From: Rebecca billardiae RCC1528
Taxonomy: Eukaryota > Protista > Haptophyta
Direction: 5' to 3'
Assembly: GCA_965240325.2 (NCBI GenBank)
Contig: OZ251245.1
Location: forward strand, 744,001-808,000
Length of the DNA stretch: 64,000 nucleotides
The notes under the pieces are model-generated. The model made no database searches, had not been told where the DNA came from, and saw only the letters and a list, made by a program, of their open reading frames with translations. A program made the translations under genes and the position numbers. Below, piece after piece: positions 54,524 to 64,000 of the stretch (the stretch's first letter is position 1; each line of letters opens with the position of its first letter).

Positions 54524-55642
54524 ATGTGCGACGCGGACGAGGCGGACGCGGCCGTGCCCGACTTCTGGATCGGTGTGGCCGCGTCGGCCCTGGGCTCGAT
54601 CATCCTCAACCTCGGCCTCAACCTGCAGCGGCTTGCGCAGATGCGCCTCCTCGAGCGGCCGCCGGACGAACGCCGGCCCTACGTGCTCGACCCGCTGTGG
54701 CTGCTGGGCTTCCTCGTCTTCGCCGTGGGCAATGCTGGCGACGCGGTGGGGCTCGCATTCACCCCGCAGTCGGTGATCACGCCGCTCGGCTCCTTTTCCG
54801 TCATCTCCAACCTCTTCTTTGCGCGGCTGCTGCTCGGCGAGAGGATTGGGCTGGCGACGCTCGCCGCGGTCGCGCTCATCGTCGCGGGCGTGGTGACGAT
54901 CGTGGGCACGGCCGACGCGTCGTGCACGCACGAGTCCGTCGACACGCTCCTCCGCCGCTGGCAGCACCGGCCGTTTATCGCCTTCGGCACGCTGCACGTC
55001 TCGCTGCTGCTGCTGACCAACGGCGGCGTCGCGTGGCGCGAGCGGCACATCCACCGCGCGGACGGCACGGTGGGCTCGCTCACGCTGCCGCAGCGGCAGC
55101 AGCTGCGCTTCGCGTACGCGCTGCTCGGCTCGATGTACGCCACGTGGACCGTGCTCCTCACCAAGTCCGCGGGCGAGCTCGTCAAGGCCTCCTTCCGCGG
55201 CGACAACCAGCTCGAGCGCTTCGAGACGTACCTGCTGCTCGCGGGGATCCTCGTGAGCGCGCCCATGCAGATACGGTACCTGAACGCCGGGCTGCGCCAC
55301 TTCGAGGCGCTGTTCATCGTGCCCTCCTTCTACTCCTTCTGGTGCTTCGGCTCCGTCCTCATGGGCGCCCTCTTCTTCGGCGAGTTCGACGAGTACAGGC
55401 CGTGGCAGGTGGGGGTGTTTGCGGTCGGCGTCGTCGCCAACGTGGCAGGTGTCGCGCTGCTGGCGAGGCGCTCGCTCGAGGCGGGGAGCAGCGGGCCGCC
55501 GAAGCCGCAGCTCGAGCTGCCGCCGGCCGCCGTGCCCGCCGACGAGGCGCGGCGCGCGGCGCCCGCCAGCCACTCAAATCGTCACCCGCGCGTGATGCAG
55601 ACGGCGCTCTGGCGATGGACGATGGGCATCAGGCATCAGTAG
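54524..55642 (+). CDS. NIPA-family Mg2+ transporter (DMT fold)
   Basis: GLNLQRLA…PLWLLG…FTPQSVITPLGSFSVISNLFFARLLLGE…QIRYLNAGLRHFEALFIVP…GALFFGEF. Confidence 0.9.
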   Translation: MCDADEADAAVPDFWIGVAASALGSIILNLGLNLQRLAQMRLLERPPDERRPYVLDPLWLLGFLVFAVGNAGDAVGLAFTPQSVITPLGSFSVISNLFFARLLLGERIGLATLAAVALIVAGVVTIVGTADASCTHESVDTLLRRWQHRPFIAFGTLHVSLLLLTNGGVAWRERHIHRADGTVGSLTLPQRQQLRFAYALLGSMYATWTVLLTKSAGELVKASFRGDNQLERFETYLLLAGILVSAPMQIRYLNAGLRHFEALFIVPSFYSFWCFGSVLMGALFFGEFDEYRPWQVGVFAVGVVANVAGVALLARRSLEAGSSGPPKPQLELPPAAVPADEARRAAPASHSNRHPRVMQTALWRWTMGIRHQ

Positions 55643-55900
55643 CGGCGCCGCCGAGCCTCACACTCAATGGCAATAATGCCCGCATTGAGGACGCGGACGA
55701 GGGGCTGCTCATTGACGATGACGAGTCATTGACTGCTAATCTGCTATTGAGGGCTTACCGCTTTACAGCGCTTAGGCAATTAAGCCAATACTAATAACGT
55801 ACGGCTATGCAGTGCTGCCTGATGGCTGATCGGAAAGTTCAGAAAGGACCGTGTTAGGCGCTACGTCGTACTTATATATATATATATATATATTTAATAA

Positions 55901-55968
55901 CGACGTGGCAGCATCGGACAAGCGTCAGACTAATTAACTTTGACGCCTGCCCGTTGCATACCACGTCG
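55901..55968. mobile_element. 68-bp minimal MITE made of both ends of the 7516-10921 family
   Basis: 27-bp end + 13-bp spacer GACTAATTAACTT + 28-bp end. Flanked ATAA/TTAA inside a (TA)n tract. Confidence 0.85.
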
Positions 55969-57110
55969 TTAATATATATATATATACACGACAGTAAAGA
56001 AATCGATTTTCGGCGTTATTACCGTAACCCGTCCGCACTTCCGCCCAGTGGGGATGCGTTGGAATTTTTTTCATGCCCCGTTCGCGGCACTTCGCGCCGC
56101 GATATATATATGACCGCGTTCCGCGGTCCTCGTTTTCCGTAGTCGTAGAACCAACGCAGTTGGGGGCCCGCGGCGCATCAGTGGTAGAGAATGAGACTGA
56201 CGAGTCAGTCAGTCCGAGTCAGAAAGACAGTTCAGCCAGTCTGAGCCGGTGAGAGTCAGACCCGAGTCTCGGACTCGGCTGAGTCGGCGCGACGGTATGG
56301 CAGCGGACCAGCGGTCAGCGGACGGGCCGCGCGGGGAAGCGGGGCGGCGGCGCGCGCACAACTAAGGGCGAGAGGGCGCCGAGAGGCGCTGCGCGCGCGG
56401 CGCGGGCCGGCGCGTGCGGCGCGTGCGGGCGCACCTGCTTCACGGCTTGAGTGAGGAGGTGCTCGCGCTGCGCCATGCGCTCGACGAAGGGACGCTGCGG
56501 TCGCTCAGTGAGTGAGTGACGGCTCAGCCGGCGCGCCGCTCGTGCCGGCAGAGCGAGAGCGCGCGCCACTGCTGCCCGCACGGTCCGAGGACTCAGGGCG
56601 GCGCGGTGCCGCCATCAGCGACAGCAGACACGACATGACGACATATATAATTCTATATTCTGATGATGATGAACGTAGGAAAATTCTGATCAGCAGACAC
56701 AGCAGCCTGTCCGCGCGAGCCAATCGACCAGGCTGCTGGCCTGCCGGCTGCCGGCTGCGCGCGGGGACATCCGCTGACAGTGACGACCTGCTGCACCAGC
56801 AGCCGCAGGGCGGCTGTGACGCGGCACTCGCCTCATGACAGTGCGGCCGTGACGGCGACGTTCACGCCGAGCCGCGACTCGCGAGCTATGCGGCCCGCCC
56901 AGGCCATCCCGGCCCGCCACGAGCGGAGGCCGCGCCCCAGCGTGGGCGCCCATCCCAAGCACGCCGCCCGCCGCGCGCGAGCGCTCGGCCGACACGGCGG
57001 CGCGGCGGTCGAACTCGGAGAGCGCGCCGCGCGCGTGCGCAGGCTCGCGGCTCGCAGCCAGTGGGCCCCGGCGCGGGCGGTGAAGCGAGGGCGGCGCGCG
57101 GCGCGCGCGC

Positions 57111-59198
57111 TCAGAACTCCTCCTCCTCCTCCTCCGCGAGCGACTGCGCCAGCTCCGCCTCCTCGCGCAGCCGCTCCTTCCGCTTGGCCTCCTCCTCCTC
57201 GAAGTCCGACTTGTGCGCGTCAGCCGGGAAGCTCATCGCCTTGACCGCGTCGTTGTGCACGTTCAGGCAGAAGGTAGTGCGCTTGTGGAAGGCGGCCTGC
57301 GGCTCGAGCGTGGAGTAGAGGTCGGAGACGTCCTTCGAGACGAGCACCCCCGCCGCGTGCTCCAGCTCCGCCTCGATCACGCCGTCGCGGATCGCCTTGG
57401 CCACGATCGACTCGACGTCCTCCAGCCTATCGATCTTGAGCTTCTTGCCTACATCCTGCAGCGAGATGCGCGTGTACGCGAGGTTCACGTTGCGCAGGCC
57501 CGCGCGGATGACGGTCTGGCGCAGCCGCACGATGAGCGTGTAGTTCGTGTCGGCGTGGAACGTGCCCGCCTCCGCGTGCATCACCTGCTGGAAGCGCTCC
57601 AGGTCGCCCTTCCGCACCGCCTGCACGATGTGTAGGTAGGGCGTAAGCGGCCGCTCGAGCTGCGGCTGCTGGAAGGTCGTGCGCGCTGGGACCTCGCCCA
57701 TCAGCAGCTGCACGATCGTGGTGAGCTTCGCGACGGCGAGTCTGAAGCCGGCCGCCGCGCGCTGCGGCGCCTGCGCGCCGACGCGGCGCGCGCGCGCGGG
57801 CGGGGTGGGCGGCGCGTCGGCGCGCGCACGCGAGGTCGCGTCGGCGTGGGCACAGCAGAGTGAGAGGGGGCGCCGGCGCGGCGCGGCGCGGCGGCGCGCG
57901 CGCACGCCTCCGCCTCGGCCACGCGCACAGCCGCGCGCGGCGCGGCGCGGCGCGGCGCGCGCGCGCGCCTTCCGCTGCGCCTGCTGCAGGCAGCCGAACG
58001 ACTCCGAGTACTCGAGCTGCACCGCCTTGATGCGCCCCAAGTAATACAAGTAGCGCGCGAGCTGGTTGTTGGGGGCAGACTCCGGCACGGGCGTCTTCGC
58101 CACCAGCTTGTCCGCCTGCGCGCGTTCGCGGGCGTGAGTGTGTGTGTGCGTGCGTGTGTGCACGCGGCGCGGGCGTGGCTGAGCGCGCGGCGGACACGCC
58201 GCGGACTCGCGCGCCCCGCCGCTCTGCGTGCCGGCTCCCACCCCGCCGGCGAGCCGCGCGGTGCGGTGCGGCGCCGGCGCGCGCCGCCGCCGACGACCGC
58301 GCGCCGCGCGCTCGGCACCCCGCCCCTCCCTCCCCGCGCGCGCGCCCAGCGTCGCGCCCGGCGCGGGCGACGGCCGGCGGCCCACGCCCGCCGCGCACGC
58401 CCATGCACGCACGGCCCGCGCGCGGGTAAATGCGGGTACGCGGCGCCGTACCTGGTCATAGAGCGAGTGCGCGATGTAGTTGCGCAGCAGCAGGTTCAGC
58501 AGCACGACCTGCCCCAGGCCGTTGTGGTGGAGGCACGCGGTGCGGTGCGCGGCGAGCAGGGCGGAGCGGATATCCGCCAGCCGCCCCACCAGCTCGTACG
58601 CGCGCGAGTAGTAGAAGTAGAGCTTCGCCGCGACGCCATCGAGCGTGCGCTGGTTCAGCTTGTTGATCCGCGCGATGGCGGCCGACGACATGCGCACCGC
58701 GGCCTCGTTGTCCTTCGCGTCGAGCAGGAGGAGGACGAGCAGGAGCGCGAGGTACGCCTCCGTCTCGGCGCACACGCTCGCGCGCTTCTCGAGCGGCGCG
58801 CGCGCCGGCGTGTCCACGTCCATGCCGCCGTCGGCCGCGGGCGCGCCCGCGGCGCGCGCGGGCGCCGGCCGCTCCGGCACGGTCGCGACGAGCTCGAGCA
58901 TCAGCGGCTTGAGCGGGTGGCCGTTGGGGATGAAGGCACCGATCGCGTCCGCCACGGCAAGCGCGCTCAGCTTCTTCCGGATCGCGCCCAGCTGCCGCAG
59001 CACGCGGCTCTGCGCCTTTGCATCCTTGCTCACGGCCGAGCGCTCGATCAGAGCAATCTGCGCGGGCACGTCGGTGATGAGCGCGTCGTCCTCGGGCGGC
59101 GCGGCGGCGGGCGCGGCGGCCGCCGTGTCCTCGCCCTTCTTGCCCTCGCCCTTGTCCTTCTTCGCCGCCGCGTCGTCGCCTTTCGCGGCCTCACCCAT
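57111..59198 (-). CDS. RPN3: 26S proteasome lid subunit RPN3/PSMD3 (introns 58451-58116 GT-AG and 57968-57771 GC-AG)
   Basis: RTLDGVAAKLYFYYS, LLNLLLRNY…YDQ|ADKLV, NNQLARYLYYLGRIKAVQLEYS, RK|APQ, PCI domain, YSTLEPQAAFHKR…HNDAVKAM. Confidence 0.96.
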   Translation of the reverse strand: MGEAAKGDDAAAKKDKGEGKKGEDTAAAAPAAAPPEDDALITDVPAQIALIERSAVSKDAKAQSRVLRQLGAIRKKLSALAVADAIGAFIPNGHPLKPLMLELVATVPERPAPARAAGAPAADGGMDVDTPARAPLEKRASVCAETEAYLALLLVLLLLDAKDNEAAVRMSSAAIARINKLNQRTLDGVAAKLYFYYSRAYELVGRLADIRSALLAAHRTACLHHNGLGQVVLLNLLLRNYIAHSLYDQVRRRVPAFTRARAVRAWACAAGVGRRPSPAPGATLGARAGREGRGAERAARGRRRRRAPAPHRTARLAGGVGAGTQSGGARESAACPPRAQPRPRRVHTRTHTHTHARERAQADKLVAKTPVPESAPNNQLARYLYYLGRIKAVQLEYSESFGCLQQAQRKARARAAPRRAARGCARGRGGGVRARRRAAPRRRPLSLCCAHADATSRARADAPPTPPARARRVGAQAPQRAAAGFRLAVAKLTTIVQLLMGEVPARTTFQQPQLERPLTPYLHIVQAVRKGDLERFQQVMHAEAGTFHADTNYTLIVRLRQTVIRAGLRNVNLAYTRISLQDVGKKLKIDRLEDVESIVAKAIRDGVIEAELEHAAGVLVSKDVSDLYSTLEPQAAFHKRTTFCLNVHNDAVKAMSFPADAHKSDFEEEEAKRKERLREEAELAQSLAEEEEEEF

Positions 59199-59370
59199 GG
59201 CGGAGGACGCGCTGCGAGCCCGTGCGCGTTCAGAGTTGGCAAGCGGCGATCGAGCCGAAGGCGCGAGCTGGCCGGACACGCCATCGTGAATCAGTGGCCA
59301 AGCCAGCAAGAAGCCCAGCGGCCGCCGCGCCGTGCGTGCGAAGCGTGTGCAGCAGCGCGCGCCAGCCGCC
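59199..59370. promoter_or_regulatory. Compact bidirectional promoter (RPN3 / AP-4 beta)
   Basis: 172 bp between divergent ATGs. Confidence 0.55.
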
Positions 59371-62302
59371 ATGGCGACCGTGTCCATCGAGGTCCGCGCC
59401 GCGCGCGCGCGCCGCGCGCCGGCACGCCCCGCCGCACACGTGCCGTGCGCCTGCCGCCTGGGCTGTGGCGCAGGGCGCTCTGCCCTCGCGCGTGCACGCG
59501 CGCGCGCGCGGCGCGCGCGGCCGGCGCCGACGCGCGCGCGCGCGCTCGCCGCCGGCCCGCGGCGCGCGCAGCACAAGAAGGGCGAGGTGAACGAGCTGAA
59601 GGCGTCGTTGCGTAACCCCGCGGTCGAGCGCGACCCCGAGAAGCGGCGCGAGGTCGTCAAGCGCGTGATCGCGTACATGACGCTCGGGATCGACGTGTCT
59701 CGGCTCTTCATGGAGATGATCATGGCGACCTCGTCGAACGACCTCGTGATCAAGAAGATGGTGTACCTGTACATCTGCAACTACGCGTCGACGAACCCGG
59801 AGCTCTCGCTCCTCGCGATCAACACCTTCCAGAAGGACTGCCGCGACGAGGACCCCATGGTGCGCGGGCTCGCGCTCCGCTCGTTCTGCTCGCTGCGGCT
59901 GCCTAATATCGTGGAGTACCTGCAGAAGCCGATCGAGGACGGGCTGGTGGACCCGTCGGCGTACGTGCGCAAGACGGCGGCGCTGGGCTGCGTCAAGCTG
60001 CACAACCTCGCCCCGCGCCTCGTCGCCGACTCCTCGCTGCCCGCCAAGCTGCGCACCGCGCTGTACGACCGCGACGCGACTGTCGTCGCGAACGCGGTGT
60101 GCGCACTGGAGGAGGTGGAGGGGCGCGAGGGGCCGGTGGAGCGCGCGGTGGTGCACCACCTGCTCAACCGGATGCGCGAGTTCAACGAGTGGGCGCAGGT
60201 CGTCGTCCTCGGCCTCGTCGGGCGCTACGCCCCCGCCGACTCGAACGAGACATTCGACGTGATGAATATTCTCGAGGAGCGGCTTAAGCATTCGAACGCG
60301 GCGGTGGTGCTCGCGACGACCAAGGTGTTCCTCAACCTGACGCAGGACTTCCCGACGGTGCGGCAGCAGGTGTACGCGCGGCTCAGGACGCCGCTCGTCA
60401 CGCTCGTGCACGGCGGCACCGTCGAGCAGGGCTACGCCACCCTGAAGCACATCGCGCTGCTCGTGTCGCGCGCGCCCGCGGTGTTTGCTGAGGAGCACAA
60501 GTCGTTCTTCCTGCGCTTCAACGAGCCGACGTACGTGAAGCTGGTGAAGCTCGACATCCTCACGGCGATCGCGACGGCGCGGAACGTCGCCGAGATCGCC
60601 GAGGAGGTGAGCGAGTACATCACAGACGTCGACGTCGCCGTCTCGCGATCGGCGGTGCGCGTCGTCGGCAAGCTGGGTGCTCTCGTGCCGAGCGCCGCGC
60701 GCTCGGTGGCGGACCAGCTCGTGTCCTTCCTCTCGGTGGGGATCTCGCACGTCTCGGCGGAGGCGGTGGTGGCGATGCACGCGCTGCTGCGCAAGCACCC
60801 CTCGCTCCTCGCGCCCTCCGCCACCGGCGCGCCCTCCTCCCTCGCCTCCGCCATTGGCACGCTCATGCGCTACGCGGATGAGCCGGAGGCCAAGGTGGCC
60901 ATGCTGTGGATGCTGGGCGAGTACGGCGAGCAGATTCCGGAGGCGCCGTACCTGCTCGAGCCGATGATCGACGAGGTGGGCGAGGAGCCGTCCGCGGCGG
61001 TGCGGCTCGAGCTGCTCGCCTCCGCCGTCAAGCTCTTCGTCAAGCGGCCCCCCGAGATGCAGCGCATGCTCGGCCGTCTGCTCGAGGCCGCAACGACGGA
61101 CGTCAGTTACACAGACGTGCACGACCGCGCGATGCTGTACTACAGGCTGCTGCAGTACGACGTGGCGAGCGCGCAGAAGGTGCTCACCACGCACCCGCCC
61201 GCGCCTGAGAGGTTCGTCGAGGACACCGCGTCGGAGTGGCAGGCATGCGCGCGCGCACGCGCGCGGCGCACGCACCGCGCTTGCGCGCACGCGCGCGCGG
61301 CGCCGCCCTGGCGGCGCGCTTGCTGCGCGCGCGAGGCTGGGCCCACACCGCGCCCGTCGGCTCACGCCTGGCGGACGCGCCGGCTGGCGCGTGTCGACGC
61401 GGCGTGCGCGCGCAGGATAGGCTCTTCGAGGAGTTCAACTCGCTCACGGTGATCTACGGCCTCCCCGCCGAGCGCTTCCTCAAGCCGACGCTAAGCGCCA
61501 ACCACGCGGCCCACGAGGAGACGGGCGTGGGGCTGGCGACCGGCGGCGCTGGAGGGGGCGCGCGCGGCGCGGCCAACGGTACGGGTGGCGGCGAGGAGGA
61601 GGAGGAGGAGGAGGGGGAGGAGGAGGAGGAGGAGGAGGAGGACGAGGACGAGGAGGAGGAGGAGGAGGAGGAGGAGGAGGAGGACGAGGCACAGCCGGGC
61701 GGCGCGTCGGCCGGTGCAGCCGTGGCCGCGCCGCCCGGCGCGAGCGGTGGCGGAGGCAGTTTGGTCGATCTGCTGGGAGATCTCGATCTGGGCGGGGGGG
61801 CGCCGCCGCCGCCGCCGCAGCCCGCGGCAGCGCCGCCGCCGCTCGCGCTCTCGCCGGCGGTGAGCCTAGACTCCGCGAGCTTCCAGCAGCAGGTGCGACC
61901 GCCTCCCTCCCCGTGCGCGCGCGCGCCCGCGCAACGCGCCGGGCGCGCGGCTCACGCGCGCGGCCCGCGCCCGGCGCTGACCGCGGCCGCGGCGCGCAGT
62001 GGGGCATGCTGCCAGAAGGGGGCAGCTTCACAATGTCGTTCGCGGGCGCGCCCACGCCGCAGCCGGTGGTCTCGGCGCTCGCCGCGCGGCACGTCATGTG
62101 CATGGCCTTTGGCACCGTCGGGCAGACGCACAAATTCTATTTTTACGCGCACGCGGCCGCGGAGGGCGCCGTCGTGCTCGCCGAGCTGCTGCTCGACCTG
62201 GGCACGCACACGGGGAGGGCGACGCTCAAGAGCGCGGCGCCGGCGGTCATCCCGCGCTTCGGCGACGCGCTGCGCGAGTACGTCAGCGCCGCGGTGCAGT
62301 GA
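59371..62302 (+). CDS. AP4B1: Adaptor protein complex beta subunit, AP-4 beta type (introns 59392-59571, 61243-61415 GC-AG, 61893-61999)
   Basis: VIAYMTLGIDVSRLF…KKMVYLYICNYA…DCRDEDPMVRGLALRSFCSLRLPNIVEYL; DVHDRAMLYYRLL; DRLFEEFNSL; single-subdomain appendage FQQQ|W…MAFG…KFYFYA. Confidence 0.9.
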
Positions 62303-62462
62303 GCCGCGGGCTGGGGGCTGACCGCTCAGGGTTGGCAGCCGCAGAGCTTGGAGCCACCGCGCCGTTTCGTTACTTACGCTACCTGTAAAGATCATAGGCG
62401 CGGCTCTGCCGGCTCACTGGGTTGCTCGGTAACGTATTTGGCGTCCAGCCCACACGGCTTTG

Positions 62463-64000
62463 ATGGGGGCGGGCTGCTCGGCCGCGAAGCGGCCGCCCAC
62501 CGCGGTGGTGGCATCTGCGGACGAGGGCCATCCGGAAGCGGCGGAGGGCAAGGGCACCGACGACAGACCACCCCAACAGCCGACCGCACCGGCGAGCACC
62601 GGCGCCGCGCAGGCTCCCGCCGAGCCGGGCGCGAGTGCGAGCGCGTCGGCCGACGCGCCACCGGCGCAGGCGCGCCCGGCCGCCGCGGCGGCCGGGCCGG
62701 CAGCATCGGCGTCTGGCCCGCCGATCGCGGCGGCGAGGGCATCGCCAGAGCAGGCGCCCTCGCCCTCGCCCAAGAAGGCGTCCTTCAAGGAGGAGGTGCT
62801 CGCCGAGCTCGCGCAGCCGGCGCCCGCGAGGGGCGGGGACGGCGACAGCGGTCGCGGCGCCGGCGGCTCGCGCGCGAGCACGCCGACGCGGCGCAATCAG
62901 TCGGGGATGCGGGCGGACGACAACATGCAGGCGGTGTACGACGTGGTGAGCGCCACCGCCGCCTCCGCCGCCGAGGCCTCCAAGGTGCTCGGCGAGGCGA
63001 TGAGCTCCTCCCTGTACCGCGTGGTCGAGCACGTCGCGGGCCGGCTGACGCGCGTGACTGTGCTCCAGCTCAAGATGCTGCTGGGGAAGGCGCTGTCGCA
63101 GGACGTGTCGATGCACGCGGCGATGACGCCGCACGAGGTCTCGGTGTGCATCCAGGAGCTCGGCCTGCGCGGCGAGAGCTTCCTCCTCTCCGAGGTGCTC
63201 GGCCGGCACCACGGGCAGCTCGTGACGCGCCAGTCGCTGCTCGCCGGTTTGGTCGGTGTCGCAGTGGGCAGCTATGAGGACAAGGTGGCGACGCTGTTCA
63301 TCATCTTCGACGAGTCGAACGACGGGCGGCTGCAGCAGGCGGAGGTGCGCAACCTCTTCTTCGCGTGCTTCGCCTTCAAGCAGCCCGAGGCGTGGACCGA
63401 GGGCTCCGGACTCGAGCCGCAGCAGCTCGCTGACGAGTGCCTTTCCGTGCTCGGCGACTCGGAGGCGGAGCGCGCGCACGGCGTGAGTCTGTACGAGTTC
63501 TTCGACTTCTGCAAGGCGTACGAGCACAAGCTCGCGCCGCTTCTCACGCTCGGCAGCCCCGCCGCCGCGTCCTCCGCCTCCGGCAGGCGCTGGGGCGGCC
63601 TCCACTCGCCGTTCCATTCCAACTCGCCCACGCGCTCGCCCACGCGCCGCGGCTCGCCCGAGAATAGTAATCATGCGGCGAATAATCACAACTCGTCGTC
63701 GAGGTCGTTTGGGGAGCACGCGCTCGCGGCCGGCGCGGCGGGGGCGTCGCCGCGCCGCGCGAAGACGGGCGGCGGCGCGCCGACGGCGGCGGCGTCGGCG
63801 GCTTCGCCGAAGGACGGCGCGAGCCCGTCGCGCGCGCTCAAGGCAACGTCACTCAGCACCGGCCCGCCTCCCGGGCAGTCGCGGCAGCGGACCGGCGCGC
63901 GCGCGCCTCTGGACCCGCTCGAGGGCGGCACGAGTGGCGGCAGCGGCGGCGGTGGTGGTGGTGCGGCGGTGCCGAGTCGCTCGACCATCGCCGGGATGGG
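62463..64000 (+). CDS. N-myristoylated EF-hand protein (calcineurin B/NCS-like core), 3'-truncated by the window end
   Basis: Starts MGAGCSAAK; contains GSYEDKVATLFIIFDESNDGRLQQAEV and GVSLYEFFDF. The frame stays open to the window end, so it is absent from the ORF track. Confidence 0.75.
   Translation, partial: MGAGCSAAKRPPTAVVASADEGHPEAAEGKGTDDRPPQQPTAPASTGAAQAPAEPGASASASADAPPAQARPAAAAAGPAASASGPPIAAARASPEQAPSPSPKKASFKEEVLAELAQPAPARGGDGDSGRGAGGSRASTPTRRNQSGMRADDNMQAVYDVVSATAASAAEASKVLGEAMSSSLYRVVEHVAGRLTRVTVLQLKMLLGKALSQDVSMHAAMTPHEVSVCIQELGLRGESFLLSEVLGRHHGQLVTRQSLLAGLVGVAVGSYEDKVATLFIIFDESNDGRLQQAEVRNLFFACFAFKQPEAWTEGSGLEPQQLADECLSVLGDSEAERAHGVSLYEFFDFCKAYEHKLAPLLTLGSPAAASSASGRRWGGLHSPFHSNSPTRSPTRRGSPENSNHAANNHNSSSRSFGEHALAAGAAGASPRRAKTGGGAPTAAASAASPKDGASPSRALKATSLSTGPPPGQSRQRTGARAPLDPLEGGTSGGSGGGGGGAAVPSRSTIAGM

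Noticed and set aside
56315-56995. Small minus-strand gene fragments downstream of RPN3
   Set aside because: One exon-like stretch, but no coherent gene model or recognisable motif.

Overview
This is a very GC-rich eukaryotic window with spliceosomal introns and (TA)n tracts. It is probably algal; GC content, intron style and gene content suggest a haptophyte such as a Pavlovales species (inference only). Host genes include: an SLC13/DASS transporter; a GT61 glycosyltransferase; two paralogous two-pore K+ channels flanking a ~3750-aa VPS13; a mitochondrial J-domain/PPR protein; an Apple/PAN protein; a DUF3593+DUF2499 plastid membrane protein; a NIPA Mg2+ transporter; head-to-head RPN3 and AP-4 beta; and a myristoylated EF-hand protein running off the end. 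These are interleaved with transposon islands: non-autonomous DNA elements with TTAA/TA-flanked TIRs (one nested, one a 68-bp ends-only copy), two families with CACAGTG termini and 2-bp TSDs, and two intact Gag-only copia-type LTR elements lying tail-to-tail 123 bp apart. The best candidate for a new system is the gene at 35925-38705. After splicing it encodes signal peptide + PA ectodomain + 7TM + a cytoplasmic TIR/HET-like domain that keeps the WCxxE glutamate, i.e. a possible GPCR-like receptor with a built-in immune-type effector. All domain calls are by motif recognition; no searches were run.
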